Of a DNA stretch of 64,000 nt, positions 48,114-62,990 are shown piece after piece. The DNA lies in the NCBI RefSeq assembly GCF_009914755.1, contig NC_060937.1, one strand, 5' to 3'. The stretch comes from the human T2T-CHM13v2.0 reference genome, Homo sapiens. Numbering within the stretch: position 1 is the first letter of the stretch; every line of letters begins with the position of its first letter. Position numbers and translations under genes: made by a program. The notes below the pieces were generated by a model. It did not search any database. It was not told the origin of the DNA and worked only from the letters and a program-made list of their open reading frames with translations.

Positions 48114-49169
48114 AATACCACCTGCCTTGGCCTGCCAATGTGCAGGGATTATACGCCTGAGCCACTGTGCACTGCCTCATATCTTCTTATAAAAAATAAA
48201 TTACACCACGAAGATGGCAGCAATAGTTGCTCTATTTGAGGCATTGCTAGAAAGGTCTTACTTCTGCAGAAAAGTCCTTCAGCTACAGCCTGCATATTAT
48301 TCTGCCTGAAAGAAAGCCTGCTTCCCAAGTACAACTCATAGCAGCTTGGGTGTTCAGTGAGAACTGAATAAAGGAGCCCAACACTCCCTGTCCTAAGTCT
48401 GTGAGTTTACAACCCCGTGCTTGTTGCTCTTGTAAGCAGAGACTGGGAATAGTAAGTTGATGGCAGAAAGAAAATAAACATTTATTGAGTGTCCTCAATG
48501 TGGTCAGCAAAGCACTAAGTTTCACATTTATTATACCATTACACCATTCTTAGAAAAATGTCCCAAATGTTCTACAAATAAGGAAACTGAGGATAAGGGA
48601 GGTAAAAATTGAAGATTCATTAGTTGGTAATTGGTATGGCTGGAATCCATCCTCAGGTTTCTCTAGTACTAAAAAATAATTCAGTATATAATACAATAAG
48701 TAATTAAAAATTCATATAGAATTAACTCACATTTTTTAAAAAGTCATTTCACAAAAATGAATCTTTATATATAGTAGGACATTAAATATTATAAGCCAGA
48801 AAAATTATATATGGTTTTGCACAGATATAAAATATAATACCAAAACATTAATATTATCCTTTTAAATAATTCTTAAACAACAAAACGTCTTTTGAAAGAA
48901 AAGACAATTTTCAAATTTGTCTGGCAAACAAATCTGCCGAAGAGCAATGTCTTCTGATTTAACTACATCTTTTGTTAAATTTTTTATCCCCAACTTTCAT
49001 GAAAATTTAGAACAAAGTATTTCGAAGTCTAGTTTGACATACATTGTTACAGTGACAAAAATGACAGATAGAAAACAATGGCCAAGCCAAAATAGCACCT
49101 CATGCTCATGAGTCCTTTTATGGTGGGTCCTCCACAAATATATTTATTTCAGTTCTTACATGATATAGC

Positions 49170-50885
<1,716 letters not shown>

Positions 50886-50916
50886 TGCTATAGAAAGAAT
50901 GTGTGTTCAATAATTA

Positions 50917-51357
50917 CAATTGACCCTTGAACAAGGCACATGTTAGGGGTGCTGACCCCCAACACTGTCAAAAATCCAAGCATAACTTGTGAGTCCCCAA
51001 GAAAACTTAACTGTTAACACAGCCTACTGTTGACTGCATTCCTTACTAATAATATAAATAGCTGACAAGCACATATTTTATATGTTGTATGTATTATATA
51101 CTGTATTCTCACAACAAAGTAAGCTAGGGAAATTTTTTTTAAGAAAATCATACGGAAGAGAAAATATATTTATTATTGATTAAGTGGAAGCAGATCATCA
51201 CAAAATCTTCATCCTCATCATCTTCTTGTTGAGTAAGCTGAGGAGGAGGAGGAAAAGGAGGGTTGGTCTTGCCGTCTCAGGGGTGGCAGAGGTGGAGGAA
51301 AATCCACACGTAAGTGGGCCTGTGCAGTTCAAGCCCGTGTTGTGCAAGGGTCAATTG
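50917..51357 (+). mobile_element. Tigger2a (MER28)
   Basis: TIRs CAATTGACCCTTG / CAAGGGTCAATTG; TA on both sides. Confidence 0.9.
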
Positions 51358-51379
51358 TACATGATAATATGTAACTAAG

Positions 51380-54270
51380 ACTAAAGTGTGTTTAGGTATC
51401 TGCCTCCCAACTTTCAAGTCACTTGCCTAAGGTAGGGAATACAGGCTTTTTGATTTAGCATCTTCTTCAGGAAAACCACTCCTCTGCCATTCTCACTGCA
51501 AGTGGCTGATCCTACTCTCTGGATCCAGGGGAAGCTGGCATGTGTTGCAGAACTTGCTAAGTATAGTACTACATTCCTAAAAAACTGGTCAGGTGGCCCA
51601 GACAGGCCAACAAAGGAATATTTGTATTTACAATTTTGGTTGTGTTGCTAACCCTGCGGATGCAGCCTGAAGCTGCTGGTGGCTGTCTTTGCTAACAAGT
51701 GGAAAAACAATTACAGAGTAGCCAACATAGATAGTAGGGACAAGTGGAAAAAAATGTATACTGATAATACTGAACTCTGTAACCAACATGCTTGAAGACA
51801 ATTGCATCTTTGGCCTTTCTAGTCAGAGAAGCCAAGAAATTCCTTCTATTTAAACTTTTATAAGCTGAATTTATATTATTTGCACTGAAGCGAACCCTAA
51901 CCAATACAGTATTTGATAGCTGGAAGTGGAGTGTTGTAAATGACAGTTCTTAAAATGTGACACTGGATAAGCTGAGGTGAGAGGGAGGACTCCCCCATTC
52001 CAGGGAAAAAGGCAAATGCTGTTGACAGCAAAGCCGCCAGATGAAAGATGCTTAATGTGTATCAGAACTCAAATCATATACAGTCATGTGTTGCTTAACA
52101 GCAGGAACAAATTCCGAGTAATGCATCATTAGGCAATTTTGTCATTGTGGGGACATTCTAGAGTTTACTTATACAAACCTAGATGGTATAGCCTACCACA
52201 CACCTAAGCTATATGATATAGCCTATTGCTCCTAGGCTACTAACCTGTACAGCATGCTATTTTACTGAATACTGTAGGCACCTGTAACACAATGGTTAAG
52301 TATTTGTGTATGTAAACATATCTAACATAGAAAACATAGAAAACATAGAAAAGGTACTGTAAAAATATGTTATTATAATCTTATGGGATCACCACCATAG
52401 ATGCACTCTGTTGTTGACTAAAACATCATTATGCAATGCATGACTTGACTGTAAATATCAAGTTTTATGGAATCAGGAAAAAGATGCCAGAATTTTGGAG
52501 GTTGTTGGCTACTTCTTTTGGCCTTCAGTAAGACCATATAGGAAAGGAACGACCTTCAGCCTCATCTGGCAGTTGCAGAAGGAAAGAGGAAAAGGGATTT
52601 GGTCCTTCCTAAGAGTCATCCTTTCTGCCTGCTCCAGGCACTCCAAAATGGCCAACAGCAGATAACCATTGGCCTTTAGGATGTGTAAATCTCTGCCCCA
52701 TGCTAAATTTAGTACAAGCAGGAAACATAACGGGAAAAGAGATTGGGATCCTGGTCAACCAGGGATCTGGGTTCCAAACACTTGCTGCTGTACATTCAAA
52801 GAGAGCAGGTACAATTCTACTCCAAAAGCCATCCCTAGGAATTCCACCACTGAGGGGTGAGGATCTGTGTGATTTCAGCCCATTGCCTCCAAGTGTGAGG
52901 CCCAAATGGCTAGGGAGAGGGGTAGAGCATAAAGGCTGATTGCTAAGAGGGAGAATCAGTGAGGTTTGGAACCAGGCCGATGGGCCATGACTCCACAAAA
53001 GCTCTGGCTTTGTTACCACTGTAGGGAGTATCCAAGAAATTAACAGAGCAACAGCCAACAGATCTGTCAGGAGAGGCTGTGGCATTGCCAGTGAAATGCC
53101 AAGGCTCAGCAAACAGCCCAGAGAATGCCTAACTCGTAGGGCGAATTTTCAGTGCCCAAACCCACACCCACAGGAAGGAGGAACTAAAATGTTCTAGCTG
53201 TTAGAACAGGAACTTCCTGGTGTCCATCTGACGCATAGCTGTGCAGGATAATAGGAAAGGGAGTTCCTCCCAGAAAGCAGTGAAGGGCCAGCCAGATTCC
53301 TGAACAAAGAACTCCCTCCACTGCCAGGTCAGAGAGTCCTTGCTCTCTTTGCCCAGCAGCATGAGATCATTGTGATGGACTTGAGATCAATCTTCAGTGG
53401 TTGCCCTTCTCGCCTTTTCCAAATGGAAGTTTTATTGCAGTGATGGCATTTTCTCTCTACCACTGTGAAGTGGCAGTGCTAAATTTATCTTTTAGCCAGA
53501 GGTTGCCAAGCCACGATGAGCTACATTTAGACCCAACCAAAAAAATGTCATAACTTAGAGATTCTGGAATTGAAGTTGAAAGCAGTAACTGGATGAGCCT
53601 AAGCATAGTCTCCCTTTAGAGTGAAGGTAGGGAAATTTTTCTGGTAGAGGTATATTTGCAAGGGCCACTTTGAGAATTTTATAAATAGAAAGAAGGCTCA
53701 TATGGATACTGGGCAGCCAAGGGATGGAAAGATAATGAGAGACATAGTTAACCTGTGCTTTGTTCAGCTCTTTAGGAGCTTTTTCCCATTCTGAGTCCAA
53801 GTTCTTTAGGTGGGGCTCTAGAACTCCTGGCTCTAGGGCTGCTATCATGGAAACCTGGCCAATAAAGTACTGGATTTCTTCATTCATGGTGATTACATCC
53901 AGGGATGATCACATGACCAAAGCCAGGACAATAAAAGCTCTCCCTGGGTCTTCTGTTGGAGCTATTGAAAAATTGACTTTTTATTTTTATTTTTACTAGA
54001 AATTCCAGCTGCCAGTACAACATAAACTAGGAACTGCTGCTGGTCATTTTTGCCACATTGTGGGGAGAGCCTGCCCAATAATGCAGCCAACTTCAAGTTT
54101 AGTAAGCAGAGAAAATTATTTTGAACTTCTAAATCTAGTCATATCTAAAGCTGGACTGATAAGCCCTGGTTTTCCAAATTATTTGAGTCAATAAATACAT
54201 TTTTGTGTACTGAGTTCACAAGCCAAATAATTGAAATTGAGTTCACAAGCCAAATAATCCTAACAGCTAA
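51380..54270 (+). mobile_element. Probable ancient MaLR (MLT1-type) LTR-internal-LTR relic
   Basis: LTR-like end CCCTAACCAATACA (51908) followed by TTTGATAGCTGGAAGTGG; second LTR-like block at about 53900-54270 shares GCTGCTGGT..TTTGC and AGTCA motifs. Confidence 0.5.
52081..52451 (+). mobile_element. Tigger3a (MER7A)
   Basis: TA-CAGTCATG ... TGACTG-TA; CAAACCTAGATGGTATAGCCTAC. Confidence 0.9.
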
Positions 54271-54361
54271 TTAAAATAATTTCTATTTCATTTAAATTCT
54301 TTCAAAGAGAAATAATTGAGCTGACACCTAAATTTTTTTTTTCTGTTTAAAAGCTGATGTT

Positions 54362-54697
<336 letters not shown>

Positions 54698-55803
54698 TTA
54701 ACAAATGTAACATTTCAGTACAGGAATTGTTGATTTAAAAATCTGTAGGGAAAACAAAAAAATCACTGTAAACTGAGATGGCATTAAAAGGTAGCTAAGG
54801 TCACAAAGATCTGTATTAGAGGGTGATTCCCCTGGACAAAGTGATGATGAGAGCCAACCATTTACTATTTATTATTTGTATCCTACTTACGTTTAAAAAT
54901 TTTTTGTGTCTCTTTGCAATAAAAGGTACTATGTAATGAAACCACTAAAGCAAATTAAAAACTAAAAGATCCAAATAATAAAATGAAGGAAGAGGAAGTT
55001 GTATTGCAAATCCTAGGCGGAGTCTCCCCACTAGAGTCAAGTACAAAACTGGTCTCTGAGCTTCTGAAAAGGCAAAGCAAAATGGATATCAAAAAGTTCC
55101 GTATCATGGTTATCTTAATTGAAGGAAATACTTCATTAGGAGAGATTACTTGCTTCTATCACTAAAGTTTAAAAATAACTAATTACCTAGCTCTTTATAC
55201 ACTAGCCCCATGTAATAAAATTGAGTCTTTAACAGAAGCTTCATAAAAGATGCAGAAATGCTCTTTTCACAGCTCTTATAGAAAAAAAATTGGCCATTAA
55301 TTAAAGCTCAGAGGCACTTGTTTAATTGTAAATCCATGAAGACAATTTGGATGGAGACTTTGAAATAAGGAAGGAGACACAGGCTGTTTTTAGTAATGTG
55401 GCTTGGTATTTGAGCAGATTTTGGAGAATGTATTCCAGAAGAAAGTGTGGCGGGTGGCATGTCCCTTAAGACCACTCTTCCCAATTAACAGTTGACTCAC
55501 AAAATCTTGTAAATAAAGGTTACACAGCAAGCCACTGGAAACTAAAGACTAAGATCAATCTTAGGAGATTAAGTGCCAAAAGAGGACTGCTGATTAAAGT
55601 GATATCTACATGCACTAAAAATCCTATTATATGTGAGCAAAATTTTACAATGCAAATCAGTCTTGCTTTTCTTACAAGATGAGGAGTAATAAATACTGTT
55701 AAAATGCATAACTAAAAGCTTTCAAGATTAAGAGTCTTAGAGAAGTGTTAGAGTCCTTAGAGCAAAGACAGGTGCTTTTTAAATTTACTATGTTTTTTCA
55801 CTC

Positions 55804-56103
55804 TTTTTTTCTTTTTTTTGAGGCGAAGTTTTGCTCTTGTCGCTTAGGCTGGAGTGCAGTGGCGTGATTGCGGCTCACTGCAAACTCCACCTCTAGAGTT
55901 CAAGTGATTCTCCTGCCTCAGCCTCCCGAGTAGTTGGGTTTATAGGTGCCCGCCATCACGCCTGGCTAATTTTTTGAATTTTTAGTAGAGATGGGGTTTC
56001 GCCATGTTGGGCAGGCTGGTTTTGAACTCCTGACCTCAGGTGATCCACCTGCCTCGGACTCTCAAAGTACTGGGATTACAGGCATGAGCCACTGCGCTCG
56101 GCC
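55804..56103 (-). mobile_element. AluS (Sx/Sq-like)
   Basis: CCTGACCTCAGGTGATCC; TSD TTTTTTCACTCT. Confidence 0.95.
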
Positions 56104-56147
56104 ATTTTTTCACTCTAACCATAGCTTCATCCCAGGTTCTTGAAAGC

Positions 56148-56345
56148 TCAGATTGCCAGCAAACCACTAGAAGATACCAGAGAGTCCTGGAACAGATTCT
56201 CCCTCCCAGTCCTCAGAAGAAACCAACCCTGTGCATATCTTGATCTCAGGCTTCTAGTTCCAGAACTGTAAGACAGTAAATTTCTACTGGTTAAGCCACC
56301 CAATGTGTGGTACTTTGTTAGGGCAACCCTAGTAAAATAATAACA
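56148..56345 (+). mobile_element. MLT1B/C LTR 3' half
   Basis: GATTGCCAGCAAACCACTAGAAG...GGAACAGATTCTCCCTC...TAAGCCACCCA.TGTGTGGTACTTTGTTA. Confidence 0.8.
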
Positions 56346-56349
56346 ACAG

Positions 56350-56490
56350 CCACATTCACTTGTTTATATATTGTCTACAGCTGCTCTCATGCAACAACAG
56401 CAGAGTTGAGTGGTTGGAACCAAAACCACATGGCCTCAAAGCCTAAAATATTTACTATCTGGCCCTTTACAGAAAATGTGCTGACTGTTG
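56350..56490 (+). mobile_element. MER58 fragment
   Basis: CAAAGCCTAAAATATTTACTATCTGGCCCTTTACAGAAAA. Confidence 0.8.
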
Positions 56491-58399
56491 ACTTATCTGA
56501 TGAGTGAGATAGGGTAAAGGGTCACCAGGCATATGAGGTTTATTCTCCTTGTCTTTCTCCTTTGAGAACTGTTTGATGATCCTTGCTCAGCCCCTCTCTC
56601 TTTCACACAGGCTGACTCACCTGGGATCACTGAGTTCTATTTGGGATAAGAGTAGAAGAAAATAAGAAGACACTTGGGGTCTGAGGCGTGGTCTCCAATT
56701 TAGCTTTATCAGCAATAAAGTGTTTATTTTCTCTCTTCCTGATAGCTATACATATTTCTCAATTGATTTCAAATCTGGGAGGAGAGACATACGTGATTCA
56801 TTGACTTCCATGAACCTCAACTTCTTCCTCCTCATAGTATGAAGGTGTTGGAAATCTTATTTCCCTCTTGAAGTTTTCCCAAAAAGGAAGTGAGTGCTGA
56901 CTTGTTTTTAACCTGGCCATATCCTCTCTGAAGATGCAATTCTCATGACTAATTTTTAAATTCCATAGCACATAAAACTATTATACTTGCACTCATGCTC
57001 ACAAAGTTTAGATTTTTTTTCATGCTATGCCATTATGTATTTATGAGTCTCTGTGTATGCTTTTATAGATCTAAATTACTATAACCTTTCTTAGATTATG
57101 AGCTTCTGAGCAGATTTTTGTTCAACTTGCATTCTGGTTTGTTTAATAGCAACACAGTGCTATGCTGTTAATATGTTTCCCCCATTAATGAAGTCCCCAC
57201 TAATCCACCAACAACTTTATTCACGTAACGTAACAAGGAAGATAATTTTCAAGATGAAAAAGACACTGATAATAAATAACAGCTTTGTAGATTGAGAGAA
57301 AAATATTTTAACCTCTAATAAAATATATCTAGAAATGTGCCTGAGAAAGTCAGCCTCTAATCTGTCACCTGTAGCTTGTAATTAACTAAGTTAACCCATT
57401 GATATTTATGGAAAATACCCATTACACACATGATTCTCTCTGACATCAGTAGATGGAAGGGCATGGAAGATAATAAGATTAAATAAACAGTTGGGAAAAT
57501 ACCTTGACGCTCAGGCAGAAAAATCTGGCTATGATTCAGTAGATGTTCACAAAGTGTAATGGAGAAAATGGACACAGTGTTTGGGAGGAATTGTAGAGGT
57601 CTTAGCTTAATGATCTAAATGAGATAATGTGTCTGGCTTGTGGGAAGGAGGAGCAGGGTAGGCCCAGCAGGGTCTGTTTGCTTGAAGGATCTAAAGACAC
57701 TCAGGGAAATAACTCATCGAAAGGAAGGACGGCCATGGGGTGCTGCTGGAGAAATTGTTGGGCTTGTTACCTAGTTATCTAGTTACCAGTTGCATCTGGC
57801 TCAGCCTCTGTGAGCTGGTCTGGGAGAGAGGGTGGCGGTCAAAAGTGAGTAAAAGTGGAAAGAGCAGTTTCCTTAAAGACTCTGTTGAGGGCAGTGTTTA
57901 ACAGTAGGTGCCACAATGGAGGCTGGAGGGTAGGGTGGGACCAAGGGCATGTTCCTACTCTGCTGTTACCTTTGCAGCTGCACGCTAGAACAGCCTCTAG
58001 CTGGACCAGGCAAGTGACAGAGCAAAACACAGGGGCAGCATCAGGATCTTTGGAGGGCTTCAGCTACACCACAATATGGACAGTGACAGATGATACCATG
58101 GATTCCAAACAGTCATAACAAACAAAAAAGGAGCCTGCCATGATGCAGTCTACCAATCCAAGTTTTAGACATACGTGGACCTCTCCCCCGGCACCCCACT
58201 CCCACCAAGATTCCTCGGGAGAAAAAGAGCCCAAGGCTTCTAGAACTGGTGGGCAGAAATTGTAGATGGAGTGTGAATAAATGGGAGTGGAGCCTCGGAA
58301 AGTGTGTGGTTTTACAATTACCGCTTCCAGGTTATGTGGCCTGGAAAACACCACTTACAAAGATGTAGAAGAGGAGGTGATGTAGAGTAAAGGCCAGAG

Positions 58400-58570
58400 T
58401 ACTAGAGGCTGGATGTGTTAAATATCAGCTGTGTGACCTTGGCCAAATTATTCAAATGTTCTGGCTTCAGTTCCTGTATCAAAAAAGTGGAATCTTTCAA
58501 ATGTCCTCACAAGGTTGTGGTAAAGCTCCAATGTGTGAGAAAACCCTTTACTCTAATGAAGAGTTATTAT
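58400..58570 (+). mobile_element. MIR
   Basis: AGCTGTGTGACCTTGG.CAA.TTA.T.AA; CCTCACAAGGTTGTG. Confidence 0.7.
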
Positions 58571-59384
58571 TATAATTACATGGAGTATTGCGGAGCAGGC
58601 TATTTAGAAAAGGTTCTGAGAGCACTGATTTACAAGATATGCTGCCAAATAATTCAGCTGTCTGCTGGTGTAAAAATGTTTTTGTGTCTTCCTAAGCCAT
58701 TTCCCAAGAAAGTAATTTTTCTCACATAAGCAATTGTCTCAGCAAAACCTAGAGCCTCTTGAAATGAAGGATTTTAGGAGCATCCACTTTTGTCCGTGTT
58801 CTCCAAGGAGACGAAACAAGGAAAGTGCAGAGATAGCTGGCACAGGAGAAATGAAGGACAGGAAAGCCTCTGGGGCACTAGAAAGTGGGGACCATAAAAA
58901 TCTTGGCCTTATTTTAACATTTCTCAGAATATAGAAGAGTCAGTGTATCAGCTTGTTGGTAGTGATGGTTCTACTGGGAAATCTTAACTTTAAATTGCCT
59001 GCCAATCTTTATTTTGCGTGTCCAAGAAGAACCATTTATCACTTTTATGAAGCCACTGAAAGTCCACGGTGAGGGATAAAACTAATTATTGAGCAGTACA
59101 TGTCCTCACACTAAATACATAATGAGAGTAATGGGCTGAAGGCTGTAGAGATGGGTAGTAAATGTTTTGATAAAACAAATCTAAGATGCTTTCGACAGAA
59201 AGACAGCCCTTCTTCATCTCCACTAATTCTCTGTTGCCCACCTGGGGAGCAAGTTTCTGACAATTAGCGATTCTCTGTGATGATGGATTTTATCTGATAG
59301 CTTATCTCCACAGTATATATAGCCTTTCATTAGCCAATGACAGTAACCCAGGTATGCATATGACTTTCACTCTTAGCAAAGCAG

Positions 59385-59632
59385 TTTTTATATATATATC
59401 CACATATATATACACACACACATACACACACATATATGTTAACTTTGTATATATAACACTCTCAGAAGTGTTATATATAATTTATATATAATATATAATG
59501 TATATATAATTCATATATATGAATTATATATATTTATGTCATAATATATATTCAGTATCTATAATTCATTATAATTCATAATATAATGAATTATATATAA
59601 TTTCATATATAGTTGAAATTTCATATATAGTT
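59385..59632. repeat. TA/CA-rich low-complexity tract with palindromes
   Basis: (TA)n and (CA)n runs; perfect 32-bp palindrome at 59501-59532. Confidence 0.9.
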
Positions 59633-59991
59633 GGAGTATTACTGAAACCCAGGGCAATAATTAAGCATATCAGTTTCAGCTTTTCTTACTTACCTTAAGA
59701 ACACCGAGAACATTTTTGAATGAATTCCATCATCATATTTTAATTCAAAGTAAAAAAACATATCCCCTTACATGCATCTGAAGCCTATTCAGTAAACTCT
59801 ACTGGTCAAATAAATCTTCCTTTGCCAGGCTATTTCTTGGGAATCCATATCCAAAGTTAATTTGCTTAATTTTTTCTCATTATTCTTTTTAATGCTCTCT
59901 GACTTAGATTCTATAAGATTATCTTTTTATTGGTTAAACAATAACAAATGGCTTTGGTCATCATAAAGTCCTTCCTATTGGGTTACCACCT

Positions 59992-60490
59992 AGAGCTTCT
60001 CTGTCCATGGCCCACAAATGCCTCCTGAGCTCTTGGGATGTGGCTAGTCCAAATTGAGATGTGCCATAAGTGTAAAATACAAACCAGATTTTGAGGACTT
60101 AGAACCCCTCAAAGAAAGTTACATATCAGGCCAGGCATGGTGCCTCATGCCTGTAATCCCAGCACTTTGGAAGGATGAGGAGCAAGGATCACTTGAGCCC
60201 AGCAGTTCGAGGTTGTAGTGAGCTATGATTGCAACACTGTACTCCAGCATGGGCAACAGAGCAAGACCTTGTCTCAGAAAAAAAAAAAAAAGGAGGGAGA
60301 AGAAAAAAAAGTAATATGTCAGTAATTTTTGTGTGTTGATTACATGTCAAAAATGATAAGATTTAGGATATATTGGTTTCAATAAAATATACTATTAAAA
60401 TTAATTATACCTGTTCCTTTTACTTTTTTTAAAGTGGCTGCTAAAATATTTTAAATTACCTATGGGGCTCAGTTTGATGGGCAATGCTGA
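59992..60490 (+). mobile_element. MER33 (hAT-Charlie) split by an Alu monomer
   Basis: TGTGGCTAGTCCAAATTGAGATGTGC..TAAGTGTAAAATACA; GTTGATTACATGT. Confidence 0.85.
60129..60291 (+). mobile_element. Alu monomer (FRAM/AluJ-derived)
   Basis: Single arm with poly-A. Confidence 0.9.
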
Positions 60491-62291
60491 ACTTTCAACT
60501 CTGCATCATAGGTTTTTATCACAATGTTCCCCCCACCCTATTCAAGCTCATCCTGCCCTCTTTTTTTGTCCCATGGGCATTAACATCACCGCTGAACAGC
60601 TAAAACCCAATTCGTTTTGCCTACCTCTACCTCAACCAAAGAAGAGTTCCTTGGCCCTCATTTGCTGGAGGATAGATGTAAGAATTTGATGCTACTCATA
60701 TAGCAAGTATGCTGGTCCTGAAGTTATTCCATTAGAAATTTTAAAAAATGGTTTTCCTTATTCCTAAAATGATGTCTGAAGACTTAAACCAAAGTTGGCA
60801 GAACAGGGGCAGAATGTTCACAGATGTTCCTACTGGCCCTGAAGGCAGAATTGACTTTCTGGAAAATTACATCCAGTAAGACAGTTCTACATGGAGTGAA
60901 ACAAATTTAGTCCTGATATTCAAGGGAGTGCATAAAGGTTCCTCTGATAATGTGGAGTTAATTAAAAGGGATGGCCAAACTGATTGTGTTTGTCTTGAAG
61001 GAAGTTCATAGGCAGTATCAATCCAGCTCAAGGGAGCAATGGGGCTGGATATTTTCCAAGCGTTTGCCATCAACAGCTGGACATACTCTTGCAATTGTGA
61101 TTTGCCATTCTTTTTACGCTTCTGATATTTTTCGGACAAATAAATCCATACAGAGACATGTTTATAACAAACCATTGTCAATCCATGATGTATACAAACC
61201 TGCCTCACAATAACCAGACTGTACTGAGAACCGCCTGCCCTGTCTCTGTGTCCTGTCTACCTACTGGCTGCTCCCTGCCACACTCTTTCTCCTCCTCTAC
61301 ATCTGCTTCTGGGACTCATTATTTAAAAACAATGGCAAAAACAAACAACAACAACAACAATAACAACAACAATCTTGAAGCTTTTAGGGAATCAGTGAGA
61401 CTAGAAGTTGGGGGCAGGAAAAGGCTCTGAAAAAGCAGAAACAACTTCCAGGAGCACAGACTTCTAGACAGGGCTAGTCAGCCTGTGTTGTGCCCATTTC
61501 TGAAACAGTTTCTTGTGCATTACTTGGTTTGCTTTCATTTTACTGTTACACTGCCAAAATTACCCCCCATCCCAGATTTACTTGGGCAAGACAGGATCTG
61601 TTAAAAATGAAGATACTTCAAGAGTGTTAAAGTATAAATTTATCCATCGAATTGCCCTTCTACTTTGGACTCACTGCTTGTATTCCTCAACAGTAAGGAC
61701 AGCAATCTAATTTCAATATGAAGGGTTAGAAAGCCGCCTACCTGTGGCTACTCCTGAAATCCACCAAGATAACATTCGTGCAGCTCAAAAAGCTATGCCA
61801 AACTGCCTCTCAAGTTTTCTCCAGCAAAATGATTTGAAAACTAAAAAGATTCAGGAGACCTCATTTTTGTTATGCAAATATGGGAGGGGAGGTGGGGCAC
61901 CAATTTATGGTCCTGCGGTCTTAACTGTAGAGAAGGAAATTTCCCAAGAGGTGACAGCTGTTTGGGGAGGGTGGGGAGGATGATAGGGCTGAGTAGAGGC
62001 AAGTGGCACAGTTTGATAACTCACCTGTCACACTCACTCTCCAGGAACAGCTGTGTAATCACTAAAGAACCTGAACTTCAAGACGCTGATATTTATGGCC
62101 AGAATTCACAGTCACTTCTGCACTTTGCATACCTTGATGGAGACTTTTCTGGATATTTAAAGTCTGTAGGACCCTGCTGTTTGTGTATGAACCAAATCTA
62201 TTTCTACCACCTGGTCAGAGCCTCCTGCCATGAGCTAGGCTATTCCAATGGGTCCTGTCTTCCATGAGTCATATAAGGTCAAGGCACATGA

Positions 62292-62548
62292 TGACAAAGA
62301 TTCTCTGCTTGACCAAACATCTAAACCTCCTAGGCCCATCTGAGCACTTTAGCAAGAACCCTGCTAAGTCAGCTTAACAAGCCTGCATACCTGATGCCCC
62401 TCAATATCTGATCAGATTCATTATGCATCACCAGCCCCCAGGTGATGATTTCTGATTACCCTGGCCTGTCTTCAGCAAGAATCCTCTCAGGTGGGTTTAG
62501 GCAGACTCCCACTCCTGTTGATGATATTTCCTCTTGGTAATTTTTCTC

Positions 62549-62612
<64 letters not shown>

Positions 62613-62990
62613 TTCTTTCTCTTTCTTTCTTTCTCTCTCTCTTTCTTTCTCTCTCTCTCTCTCCTTCCTTTCTTCCTTCTTTTTTCTTTCCTTTTCATTT
62701 TTTTTTAAGATGGAACGCCATCACCATGTTGGTCAGGCTGGTCTTGAACTCCTGACCTCAAGTGATCCACCCACCTCGGCCTCCCAAAGTGCTGAGATTA
62801 CAGGTGTGAGCCACTGTGCCCAGCTGGGAATTTTTTTTATCCACTGGCCTCCACCCTCCTCCTTGGCTATAAATTCCAACTTGCCCATGCTGCATTTAGA
62901 GTTGAACCCAATCTCTTCCCCACTGCAAAATCTCATTACTGTGATTCCTATACCTATCTTGAAGTGCTTTAGCAAGCGCCATTACATAAT
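62292..62990 (+). mobile_element. ERV1 LTR (MER31/MER67-like) split by an Alu
   Basis: TGACAAAGATTCTCTGCTTGACCAAAC; CTGGCCTGTCTTCAGCAAGAATCCT; CCTTGGCTATAAATTCC. Confidence 0.7.
62541..62825 (-). mobile_element. Alu left arm with (TTTC)n tail; right arm mostly deleted
   Basis: (TTTC)15 at 62551-62610; GGTAATTTTT / GGGAATTTTT flanks. Confidence 0.9.

Noticed and set aside
52609-53112. 167-aa ORF with a hydrophobic N-terminus
   Set aside because: Non-ATG start, no recognisable domain, lies within a probable MaLR internal relic
60700-62280. Unique-looking stretch as possible exons
   Set aside because: No recognisable protein similarity or convincing splice-site pair; needs expression or conservation data
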